Assembly: GCA_047967505.1 (NCBI GenBank)
Contig: CM106538.1
From: Dipteris shenzhenensis
Taxonomy: Eukaryota
Length of the DNA stretch: 64,000 bases
Strand: one strand, 5' to 3'
Every line of letters starts with the position of its first letter. Positions within the stretch are counted from its first letter, which is position 1. This document shows positions 11,291 to 23,371 of the stretch, piece by piece. The position numbers were made by a program, and so were the translations under genes. The notes beneath the pieces are model-generated. The model ran no database searches. It worked only from the letters and a program-made list of their open reading frames with translations, and was not told the DNA's origin.

Positions 11291-13599
11291 TTGTGATAGC
11301 TTAGCAACAAGATCTTCACGTATAAAAGATTACACAAGATAGATTTGCAAGGTAAAATAACCTGACTGCTTCTATTATACTCCAGCAAAATGAGCCTCAA
11401 TCCTACGGGTTTGTTGGCTTCTACAAGTATAGAAGAACGACTCGACTATGAACCCTATGCAGTTGCGCGACTCTGAGATCGGCTATGGCGCATGGCATAC
11501 CAGCTCGTGGCCTGGACAAAAGGAGCCGACCCATCTACGTGAAGACCTTTGTAGTCTCCAAGGATCACCACCAATCGATCACCGCCTCCATGCAGTCATC
11601 TAGTTCATTCTCTAGAGCTACCAAGTGTCCATGTTATGCTCAACTCTCCAATCATGCAAGACCTCTAGCATGGTCCAATGACCAAGTGTCATAAACAAGC
11701 ACTAACCAATCACACATTACGACTCCTAGGAGGATCACCCCTCCAACAATTTGGACCTTGGATTGTGTAGAGACATCCATGTGTTGAACAAAGTGGAAAG
11801 GAGTAAAAGAAATGAAGATTGAGGTACAATTGGCTATGGATAATTACATTTTGCTAACTAAATTTGGCATCTCTATAAATGAGCCACCGTGCTCGTTCGA
11901 AATTATAGGATGCCTATTCTAGAGTGGTGGCTCAAAGAGGGATAATTAAATTTGAGTGACCCTAGAAATTGGCCACTATGCTGGTTTGAGCTTGTGAGAT
12001 GACTTAACTTGGTCACTCTAACAATGGGTGCAGGCACGAGAATCTGTATAGGCCGAAGCAAGGGAAGCTTCAAAAATGGTTGAGAAGGAAAGGTAGAGAA
12101 GAGAAAAAGAAGAGAGGAGGGTCAAGTACCTGCATTAGCAGCTTGAAGACACTCGAATAGATGAGAACTCAGCAAATGCCAATTTAGCCTTTGGTAAATT
12201 TCGCATTGCCTATAGAAGTTTGTGATGTGTTTGGACATCACACTGCTTATTAAACTTAACAGCAGTATCCACCACAAACCAGCATGCATTACCATTTTAG
12301 CAATACACAGATCCAAAGCCTCTACTTATTGCATCTTGGTTAGATTCTTTGAGTAACAAGTGTCATTCATGTGATGCTTTCAAAGAATCCCATTTTTCCC
12401 TTGTTGGTTTAATTGCCATTTGCCCCTTATCAATATAATTGCATTGCTATCAAAATATATCACTAATCTTTAAGTGCAATTTTCCATCTTTTATCTCTAC
12501 CCTTACAGAATGTTGGATACATCAACTCTACATGATTCGGGTCTAATATCTTGACCTTAAATAAACATGCATTTAGTAATTCTATCAATCCACATGATGT
12601 GAATTGTGCTATGAACATGTGAGACAAGTAATTTGTTGCACAATTATAAGGCTCGTGTATTATTAAAAAATAAACTCTTTATGTTGGTACTAAAGCACCA
12701 CTCTAGATTCTAGCTCTAATAGTGAAGAAAAGAAGTTTGAAAAGCATACTAGAACATCTTTACTAGATGAATACTTGAAGAGAACTTAGAACTCAATATT
12801 TAAGTACTTAACGACAAGTAATTTGGTGAATACAACTATCTTCTTTAGAGCATAGAGCTTTCAAATTATTTTGCTCTTGTAACAACTTACCTTGGCTCTT
12901 TGCTTAGAGCACAAAAGAACTCCCAGAGATTGCTCTTACTCCCTCTTATAATAATAGGCCAAAAATGGCCACTTTATAGGCATTTCATTCTGATCTTGTT
13001 GCTTCATTTATCGCTCAAAAATTGACAACTCATAGTGCTTATATGTATATATGATGACCACTTACATCCTTCATCAAAATCACTTCAAGTTACAGTCTTA
13101 CAACTCATTTTTTAGGCATCTTGCAAGTTGTTTGTAGAGGAAGTCCTTACTCTCTATTTCCATTCAAAGAGCTTAATATTTGGACTTCTATGGTTCAAGA
13201 TATCCTCTTTTGAAGCTTTGTATTTTTCTCGAGTTCATTGTGTGATTCTGTCTTAGAAAACTCCATCTTGAAATTTTTTCAATTATATGTTGGGAGGAAG
13301 CAATGCATCCACCTTAGTCGCAAGAGTAGAGTATGACATGCTAATATTTGAATTAAGAGTTCACATGCAAAATTATCCTATAGTGGTGAACACATGATCA
13401 ATGTTACAATATCTCAAATCTTGAAGACTTCAACATGTAGAGTTGTCAAATTGTTATGGTTGAGCTTCATATGTGATGCCCAATTCATAAGAATTACTTT
13501 AAAAATCATGAATGCCCTTCACTTTGCCACAAGTATAGCAATTTGATCATATTTGTGAGGGTGTAATCAAGTGAAGATCTCATATTTGGTCTGACCAAA

Positions 13600-14640
13600 G
13601 TTAGAATGTCTTGGCATACTCTACATTTGGCATCATCGCTAGCAATTGTGTCAAGATCTGTTGAGAGGAGGGCATACTCTACTTTTGGATCTACCCATAC
13701 CTACTACTAATGGGCCCTTGCTATACCAAGGCACTCCTAAATCCAAGCATTCGTGGGCCTTTTATGCTCTTCTCTTTGCAAGGTTGCCAACTATTGTCTC
13801 AAGCCAATCTGTCATCTAAGAGTCTCATCTCTTTTTGTTCTCACAATAGTATGATAAAAGTCACTAATACCAGAGAGGGTTGCAGCCATAAGTGAAGGAG
13901 ATCCCACTCCACCATGCAAATAAGGCACCCAAATCTAGAACACATACTTTGTGAGGCTCTCCTCTGCATATGATGCATCTGGAATCTCAATACTAGTAGA
14001 GCGATGTCTCAAGAGAGTCTCAAAAACTAGCATAACCACCAAAAACGGATTTGAAATAGAAACCTTTGATGCAATGCATATTGAAGCACCTCTGTCCAAT
14101 GCCCAATCATTAGCATAGAATCTATCTATCTCTGCATGGATGGGCAATTGTAACCTTTTTTTCAACCAAGAGAGCAAGAGCAAATGCAACACAATGTGAA
14201 AGGCGTCATTTATCCAAGCATGTTTGCCACTCTACCAAAAGATAAAGGCATCCCAAGATGCTCTCTCTATTGAATAAATGCTACCTCCTCTTCCCCCTTT
14301 TTTGTCTGAAGGCAACTACACCATGCCGAAGTCACCTCCAATAATCCATGACTCTTCAATGAGGGCTCAAAAGAGAAGTTCCTTCCATAAAAGAACATTT
14401 CCCTCTATTGTTGGGAGCATAACAGTTGAGAAGACCAACCTTACATCCCTCAATCCATGCTCTAGAGGGTATAATGACACCATGTCCCACCACAAGGGGA
14501 AGAAAGTAATCTGACACTGCAATGCACGTTACCCTTTTGGTGCCCAAAGTATGAGACGAAAAAGTATGACTAGTTTACTTGATTTGAGAAATCTCAGGCA
14601 TCTACTTTGTGTTCTTGAATAAAAAGAGTATCAATGGACC
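13600..14640 (-). mobile_element. Degraded L1 ORF2 endonuclease fragment
   Basis: TLFIQEHK, KVGLLNCYAPN, GGDFG, EIDRFYANDWALDRG. Confidence 0.8.
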
Positions 14641-15120
14641 CCCCAATAACACCTAGATGAGGCTAACTCCAAAATCAGCCACCTAGGTGGGTAGTGATGA
14701 GTTGGAACTATCGCTCATAACTTTCCAAATTGACCCTTTTTGCCTTTTTCCATTTTCCTCTAGTTTATCTTACAATTGTTGAGCGGTTGTAGCTACCCTT
14801 GAAGCAAGGAAACGTACAGTATATTTATTTATAAAACCAAGTAGTTGACCCAATTATATGAGGGTCACCTCAAGATTTCTCCCCAATAACACCTAGATGA
14901 GGCTAACTCTAAAATCAACCACCTAGATGGGTGGTGATGAGTTGGAACTATCGCTCATAACTTTCCAAATTGACCCTTTTTGCCTTTTTCCATTTTCCTC
15001 TAGTTTATCTTATAATTGTTGAGTGGATGTAGCTACTCTTGGAGCTTGGAAACGTACAATATATTTATTTATAAAACCAAGTAGTTGACCCTATTATATG
15101 AGGGTCACCTCGAGATTTCT
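14641..15120. repeat. 240-bp tandem duplication (14641-14880 / 14881-15120)
   Basis: Ungapped alignment, about 14 mismatches by hand count. Confidence 0.95.
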
Positions 15121-17659
15121 CCTCAAGCATTTCCTTTCAACATAGTGATGCAAATTGACTGAAAACTCCTACTTTGGGCTAACAGACTTAAAGAAGCCTC
15201 CACAAAGGCTCTACTTGTACCTTGACTAGAACTCTCATGAGCATAATGCAGGTAGGATGTTGCATCCACTTGTGATTGTAGAGCTTCATTTTAATTTCCC
15301 TTAGCATTAACAACCCGAGTCATGGGCCCATCAACCACATTGTGCATAATATGAATGAGTGAGGCTTCTATGTCTTAAGCTACATTTTTAAAATTCCTCC
15401 TACTTAAAGCTCATGTTCAATACTCCTTCTAGCTAGTGAGGGTTCTCTTGTTGCTCTCCTAGTATTTGTCTCCATGCTTTGAAGATGCTCAAACAAAAAG
15501 CCTAGAAGCACACGTATCAATCCAATCTCTCCAAATACTGCTGGCACCTTACATGAATAAGAATCCGCGCATACTACCTATATGATCAAGTCACAATAGC
15601 ACCTTAATCAAATAGCATCTAATTTTGATCTATAAAAAAGTATCTCGATGCTAACATCATCTCATACTCTAGCTATTTAGAGAATTGCTTTGCCACATTG
15701 ACATCAAAAAGTGTTCGTCCATTATGATTAGACAAAGCAAAAGGAAGCAAAAAGTGTAAGATACACTTTATGATGTAGCAACAATAGTTCTTAGATATCT
15801 CAAAGGAACATGGGATTACAAACTATGATAAGATACAAACTAACATATCTCAATTTTTATGTTATTTTGTAGTGTATTACTACTTGTCTCATTGATGAGG
15901 TGGATGATACTACTTCAGAAGTCTAAATTCATTATATCTCATAAGCCAAAAAGTAGCCATCATGTTGAGATTGCTAGTCAAGGATGAATAACAATTATCC
16001 TTAACTAACATCTCATTGCTAGGTCCAAGACTATTCCCAATAGAAATGGAAGATATCAATTAACTAGTTAAGCACCTATCTACAATGACCTTTTCACAAT
16101 AGATGAATAATAACACATGAAGGAAGGTTTCTCTCAAAGTGTGTAGGTTTTATAGAAAGCACAATAAGGGGAATATAGGAAAATCCTTGAAGTGGGTTTA
16201 TGGTGGTGCACCATTTTGTATGACTATTAAGAGTATTGTAAAGAATGTGATGTTTACCAAAGAATAGGTACATCTTTATTGAAATATATGAATTCTCCCT
16301 TGGGAACCATTTAGAACTAGGGTTTGGATGACATATCACTATTATTTTACAAAAGAATCATACATAAATTTGGATCCCTAGTTAAAATTGTTTTGGATTA
16401 AGGCTCCCAGCTCAGCAACTCAATCATTAAACATTTGATGAAGGAATTTCTCATAGAGACAAGTTTAGACCCATGATCATCTCTGCTAGGCCTTGATCTA
16501 ATCTCCAATCCAAGGAATACATTCAAATTTGTGGTAGAACACTCCCAGCCATTAGATCAAGGTGTAGATCTAATAGATATCAACAAAGGATAGAGGGATC
16601 AAATCTAAACCCTTGAAAAAAGCCAGGATCTATGGATGAGATCAAAAGAGAAGGGGGATCATTTTAAGCCATCCATCTAGAAAATAGATCCAAGGGTGCA
16701 TATGTAAGGAAAAGGCATTGGAATCCGAGCCATTGATCTCAAGGAGATCTAAGGGTGCATATGCAAGAAAAAGGTGTTTAAATTCACACCATCCATTATG
16801 CACCTAAATCTCAACCATTGATCTAAAGTGCCTCCATCTACACCCTCCAAAGTGCACCTAAATCTAGGTCCTTCCTTTGATCCTTTGATCTCCACCATTA
16901 GATCTATCCAAGATCTAATGGTCCACAGCAATGGCAACCTCTCCCTCTTTATTACACCTCTATTTTGTCAACCTTTGTGAGTTTGGAGCCCACCAAAGGT
17001 GCCTCATACCAACATCCCAGTCCTTTGATCCTCCATCCACCATCCACCTCCATTCAAAGGCCAAGGTTTGGCAATTTCAAAATAAAGTTAACCATGTCTC
17101 TTGAATCAATGCTATGGGGCCCTTATCCCATGGGTTCACATAGTAGGTTCACTTTCAATTAACTTAATCCATTTCATACAAGGCCCTTTTGGGACCTCGT
17201 GTCTCCCCTCAATGAGACTGTTATGTATAAATATCACTTGCAAAAAAAGAAAAAAGAAAATGCAGACACGAAATACTTAACTCCATAAAATCACAAGAAA
17301 TGAAATTCCAAGGTTACAGAAAATGAGAATGTGCAGTAGGCAGCAGCAGCAGTGGCAAGAACCTTGAATTCCTCCAAGTGCATTTACAAGGGTAAGTAGA
17401 CCACCTAAGCAATTTTCTCCTTCTTTCTTGTTGAAACATATAATACATAACTCTTGATGAAATCACAAGAAATAAAATTCCAAGGTTGCAAAAAACAAGA
17501 ATGTGTAGCAACAACAGTAGTAAGAACCTCGGATTGCCTCAGGAGCACCTAGAAGGTCTACAAGGGTAAGTAGACCACTTGATTGATTTTCTCCTTTAAT
17601 TATGTTTTGTTGACCACCTAAGTGATTTTCTCCTTCTTTCAATTATGTTTTGGTGAACC

Positions 17660-19745
17660 AAAAACATATGAAGAAGCAATGTAGGTAGAATTGAAAAAGG
17701 AGTGGGAGAGAGGCATGGAAGAGAAAATGGACTCTTTGCAAAACCTGACTTGGGATTTGGTTTGCTTGCCTATGGGAAAAATAACATTACTGAATAAATG
17801 GGTTTATGGGGTGAAGAAAGAAGATGTAGGAAAAAGGAGGTAAAAGAAAGCAAGGCTTGTTGTAACAGGGTTTGCATAAAAGAAAGGTATAGTCTTTGAT
17901 GAAATATTCTCTCCTCTTGTTAAAATGACTTCAATCAGAACTATTCTGAGTCTTGTGGCTGTAGAAGACTTGCATCTTGAACAATTAGATGTAAAGATAG
18001 CTTTTCTTCATGGAGATCTAGAGGAAGAGATTTATATGTAGCAGCCATAGGGATATGAGTCAAAGGAAAGGAGGAAGGTTGAAGAAAAGACTGTATGGTT
18101 TAAAGCAAGCTCCAAGGTAGTGGATTTGAAGTTTGATAGGTTTATGGGGCAAAGCAAGCCTTTAGTAGATGTCATTCAGACCACTGTCTTTATTCTCAGA
18201 AACTAGACAATGGCAGACCTGTGATCTTATCATTGTATGTCGATGACATGGTTATTGCAAGCTCTAACATGCAGGATATAAATGTGCTCAAGAGGAAGTT
18301 GGAAAATACTTTTGCAAAGAAGGATTTGGGTGCTGTAGTGGCAAATCCTTGGCATGAGAATAACAAGAGATAGCAAAAACCGCAAATTGACACTGTCTCA
18401 TAGTGAGTACTTGAAAAGGTATTGGAAAGTTTTGGAATGCAAAATGCAAAACCTATTTCTACACCTTTGGCTAATCATTTCAAATTATGCAAGGATATGT
18501 GTCCCAAGATATAGGAGGAGATTGACTATATGTCAAGGGGACCATAAGCATCACATTGCACATGTAGTGGGAGTTGTGAGCATATTTATGAATAATTCAG
18601 GTAAAGAGTATTGGAGGCTGTAAAGTGGATTCTCAAGTACTTGAGAGGTACGATTGCACATGCATTATTTTTTAAAGGCTCAAAGATTTCTCTACACTAA
18701 TATGTTGATTCAGATATGGTAGGTGATAAAGATGTAAGAAGGAGCACCACTGGGTATGTTTCACTATAGGTGGAATAGTAGTAAGTTGGGTTTCAAAGTT
18801 GCAAAAGTTTGTTGCACTTTCTATAACAAAAGCAGAATATGTTGCAGTTATAGAGGCTAGTAAAGAGATGATTTGGATGCAGAGGTTTATGAAGGAGCAT
18901 GAGAAGAAGCAAGAAAATTGCATCTTGTATAGTGATAGAGCGAGAGTGCTATTCATCTCACAAAGAATTCAGTCTTCCATTCAAGAACCAAACATATACA
19001 TTTCATCCAATTTGTTTTGGAGGATGGATAGTTAAAGCTAGAAAGATACACACTAACCAAAATTGTGTAGACATGTTGTCTAAGTTGGTAACCATGGAGA
19101 AGTTGAGCTCTTGCTCAATTTCAATTGGTCTTCAAGAATAAGGAACAAAATGAGGGACAACCAGATCCAAAGAATTTCAATGAGTGTAGTAACAGTGGAG
19201 TTACTATGATCTATCTCCAAGTGGGAGATTGTTGTATATGTAGAAAATGATTATTTTTTAGAGATTGTTTTTTGGCCGTGCTTTGGACCAGGTGTGCTTA
19301 TACCCATTCCATGAAGGTGAGGTAAGGGGGGGCAACACTCCCCCTAGGACGTTATTGAGGGGTTCTAAGGGAGGCTAGTGGGGTTTCAGGGGTAGCGACC
19401 TCAAATCCAAAAATACATGAAATTTGGTGCATGAGTTGCTTATGAGTTGTGTGGTCAAAATTGGAATATAAGGGTATGGCTCACATAGCAGGATAGCAGT
19501 GGATGTATTGCTTCTATCTTGTATCTTCTCACTTGCTAGATAAGAAAGATGTAGGACTGGCTATTTCTCAGTGGATGTAACCCACACTGGGTGAACAACA
19601 TATATTGGTGTCTCTTTGTGTCTTCCCTTCTCTGCACTTTTTGTATTGTGTATTTTATGCCTTTTTCTTCTTGCATTATTGCTCCATTATTGTGCTGCTT
19701 CTAATAGGATGCACCTTTTATAGATGATTTTCACAAATAATAACA
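17660..19745 (+). mobile_element. Ty1/Copia (Tnt1/Tork-like) RT-RNase H pseudogene with PPT and probable 3' LTR
   Basis: KARLVVTGF...[90 protein letters not shown] at 19219-19229, then TGTTG at 19230. The LTR right end (~19745, TAACA) is tentative. Confidence 0.9.
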
Positions 19746-19974
19746 AATGTTTCATAGATCTGTACTTGAGTTCCTATTGCTTATGTAGGAAAATTTGTAA
19801 CCTCTAGATCTTGAAAACATTACAAGGTTTTAAAAAATCAGAATTGTCTTGTATAGCATGCCCTTCACCGATACACCACTTGCATGCCAAACTTTCACAA
19901 AATAAACTCTTGTAGTCCTTAAATATGTGATTAGCCCTTCTTCGAGAATAGAGATGAAAGTGAGGATGTTTTAG

Positions 19975-20665
19975 TAGTTGATCTTATGTTTTCTCTCTTG
20001 CACCTCTTCCCCAACCATTTGATCTTATGTTTTAGTCGTTGATCTTATGTTTTCTCCCTTGCACCTCTTCCCCAACCATTTGATCATCTTGATATCTCCT
20101 TCCATTGATCACGCTCTTGTCTACTATAGGAAACATTTAGGATATTTTCCGTTCAAGAATTCTAGAAATTCAAAGTATTTTTCTTCAATATAGGATGTTT
20201 TTGGTGTAGATGAACACTCTAATGATGTACATGATTAATCTCCTTTCCTGGTATTTTAGTCCTTGTTACAATAAATATAAATGAGGGCAAAAGTACAATT
20301 TATCGAGTGAAATTGAGCAAAAGAGATTGCAATGTACATCTATGTCCAATAAGAGGTCATATAAAAATTAACAAACCAAGCAAAAAATGAACATAGGATC
20401 TTACATTTATAAAAACTCAGCAATTGTTGAGAGCCTTAATGGCCAAAAGATTACAGCTAGCGACATAACCATTCAAATATAAAAGTTAACAACTGTGCAT
20501 ACTAGAGCCTCAAATTGAACAAAAAGAGATTATATAAATGTAATAAAAACTCAACAATTGCTGAGAGCCTTCTTAGAGACCAAAACATTACATCTAGTGA
20601 GCCAAAAGATCGTTGAGAGCCTTAGAGGCCAAACGATTACATCTAGCCATCGTTGAGAGCCTCGT
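19975..20665. repeat. Short local tandem repeats (~60-bp GATCTTATGTTTT...CCAACCATTT units, then GAGAGCCT...ATTACATCTAG units)
   Basis: Seen directly. Confidence 0.7.
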
Positions 20666-21299
20666 CTGAGCAAGAAGGAATTTGTACAACTCAATTTTCT
20701 GCTAGTCTACCTTGTTGTATTAAAATTTTTTAGGGAGCCAAAGAAGGCTACGATGGAGAGGCTGAAGACCCCATGCACATTGTTAGGACTCGGATTACAG
20801 CCCCCCCAACAAGTCGAGTACTTTGCTTTGAAAATATTGAGACCTTCATCGACATCTAGGGGGAACCCATACAACACATCCATAAAGAGGCCCTTTATGA
20901 GCATGTCATCTAAGGTGGTGACATACAGATGTGGGGGGAGTTGACTGTGGGAACGAAGGGTCTCCACTAGTGCTAGCATTTCTATTCCTAGTGAGTGCAA
21001 CACAATCACCTTATATGAGAAGGCAAATAACATTGGGATCATAGAGCATCGAGGGGGGGCAGTAGTAGGCATGGTGAATATCAATGGGTGAGCAACAGGA
21101 GCAGATGAGTGATGAGAGTTGGAGAAGGGAGTGTGGAGTAAAGTAGAGCAGGGGTGGAAAAGAGTTGGAGGAGGGGTGTGGAGAAAAGTAGCACAGCGTG
21201 TGGAGCAAAGTAGCAGACCAGAGGCATATGAGAGCAATGTAGTAAAATGCCAAATGCCATGGATCTTATATATTATAAAGTTCAAGCCATTGTGGTGGC

Positions 21300-22200
21300 A
21301 AGAGCCTGGGGTTCCATCCATATTAATTGCAGGCCACCACGATGGAATCTTAGGCGCCACCCTAGATGGGCTGGTAATCATGAAGTAGACGCCATGTGGT
21401 GGGTGAGCAGACCACTCCGGTGGCTAGTAATTAACTACCAGCCTAGTGGAATCTTAGCCACCACAGACGTGGCTGATGAGAGCCACCATCACTGACGGGC
21501 AATAATTCCCACAAAGGTAAATCATGAAGCTCTAATCACCATTACCAGGCACTCTAGTTCTCTATTGAGCATGCGAGCCTAGTGACTAGTAATTTTTATT
21601 GCACTTGTAGTGATCATGCATGCGAGCAATGGCTGGTAATTTTAATTGCCAGCTCAGTGGAATCGTAGCCACAACAGACATGGCTGTAATCACTCATTAC
21701 CATGCACTATAGTACTCTATTGAGCATGTGAGCCCAGCGATTAGTAATTTTTACTACACTTGTACTGATCATGCATGCTTAAGCCCAGTGGTAGGTGAGT
21801 AGTAGCTGGTAATTTTAACTACTAGCCCGGTGGAATCATAGCCACCACGACAAACGTGGCTGATGAGAGCCACCACCACTAGGCAGTAATTCCAACAAAA
21901 GTAAATCATGAAGCCTAATCACCTCTAATCCCTCATTACCATGCACTCTAGTACTCTCCTGACCATGCAAGCCTGGTGATTGGTAATTTGCTGCACTCGT
22001 AGTAATCATGCATGCAAGCTCGGTGGTGGTAACTGGAAGGTGAGTAATTACAGGCCACTGTGGTGGTTGGTAATTAACTGCCAACTCGGTCGATCTTAGC
22101 CACCACCACATATGTGATTGGAAATCTTAGATGCCACCACCTCTAATCACTCATTACCATGTAAGTCAGTACTACCGCCTTGAATTAATCAAAATTTGGG
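21300..22200. repeat. Degenerate tandem array, 4-5 units of ~170-240 bp
   Basis: CATTACCA(T/G)GCACT.TAGT at ~21540, 21695 and 21934 (CATTACCATG only at 22152); GTGGAATC.TAGCCAC recurs. Confidence 0.8.
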
Positions 22201-22249
22201 CCAACCACTGTGGTGGCTCTCACCTTGACAATGTACTCTAGCTACAAAC

Positions 22250-22490
22250 CACTATTCCATTCCCTTAACCGTTTTAGCTTCTATCCCTCTCGACTATTTC
22301 ATTCTCCCTTGCAATCGGACTACAAACTCAAGCCTCCACTATTCCATTTCCTTTAGTGTTTCATCTTCTATCCCTCTCGACCATTTCTTTATCCCTTGCA
22401 ATCAGACCGCAAACTCAAGCCTCCACCATTCCATTTCCTTCACTGTTTCATTTTCTATCCCTCTCGACCATTTCTACCTCCCTTGCACTC
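22250..22490. repeat. Three ~85-bp CT-rich tandem units immediately 5' of the ORF at 22518
   Basis: ATTCCATT.CCTT...TCTATCCCTCTCGAC.ATTTC repeated three times. Confidence 0.8.
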
Positions 22491-22517
22491 TTCCTGCAAC
22501 TTCTATGCTCTCTCGTA

Positions 22518-23371
22518 ATGGAGCCTGCACAGTTCGGGAGCTCCTCACACAATCTTTCCTCCCCCATTGTAGCAATGTGCAAGAGCCCCTCCTCCCCTGA
22601 TCTTGAAATCATGACATATGGGAGCTCCTCTCTCACTCTGCAAAAGCCTAATTTGGATGCTCGCCAAAACTTCGCCAGGTTGGTACAGGAGGTGAACATG
22701 GAGGGGCAACTAGTCTATTAAGGTTAGAAGATTATCATCAATGAAAGCGTGATTGAAAATGCTCTAGGAATTTCGGAAGGCAGTTTGTAAGCACACTTTT
22801 TCGAGAAGCAATGGAATAGATAGGATATTCTAGATGTATACCCCAATGCTTAGTTTAGTAAAGATGGTAGAGTTAAGCTTTCTAGCTTGCCAACAGATCT
22901 CCAAGATGTGCTGAAGAAGACTATTCACTTCTTTCCTGATACGAGAGGAATCGTGAAGTTCTGGCAGGTTCAAGCAGCAATAGAGCAACTGAAAGGACGT
23001 GATGTATCTTTCTCAAGGGAGATCTCCAAGAGCATGTTAATCAACTTGAAGAATTGCATGGATGGCAAATCACAATTTTCATTTCAATCCACTGGAGTTG
23101 CAATGCACCTAATGGCATCTACCCTCAAAGGGATTTTTGAGCAATACGACAAGCAGATGTCTCAGAGGGTGACTTTTCTATAAGAGAAAGCCACCGATGC
23201 AGCAAAGGCAATGCAACTTGAGAAAAGTCTCAGGAAATGTGTAGAAGCCAAGGCAGAGAAGGCACAAGAGCAAGCTGAGGCTGCTACAAAAATGGTCGAC
23301 ATGGAAAGGCATAGAAGAGAAGAAGCAGAGAAGCGCATGAAGGAAGTCCGAGATAGGCTCGAAGAAGTTCC
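22518..23371 (+). pseudogene. Uncharacterised ORF (~285 codons, in-frame stops only, coiled-coil-like C-terminus); possibly a retroelement accessory ORF
   Basis: ORFs 22356, 22887 and 23211 share one frame and are separated only by stops. The 3' end is cut by the antisense L1. A homolog lies at 10660-11290. Confidence 0.65.

Noticed and set aside
15620-16000. Additional Copia RT remnant (LRYLKGT)
   Set aside because: Too degraded to delimit; only one short motif.
20707-21381. 224-aa - strand ORF as a gene
   Set aside because: The N-half is low-complexity repeat sequence and I recognise no motif; it is only included as context for the unclassified element.
21300-22490. Possible CRISPR-like repeat-spacer array
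   Set aside because: Units are long, degenerate and contiguous, with no unique spacers and no cas genes; the context is eukaryotic.
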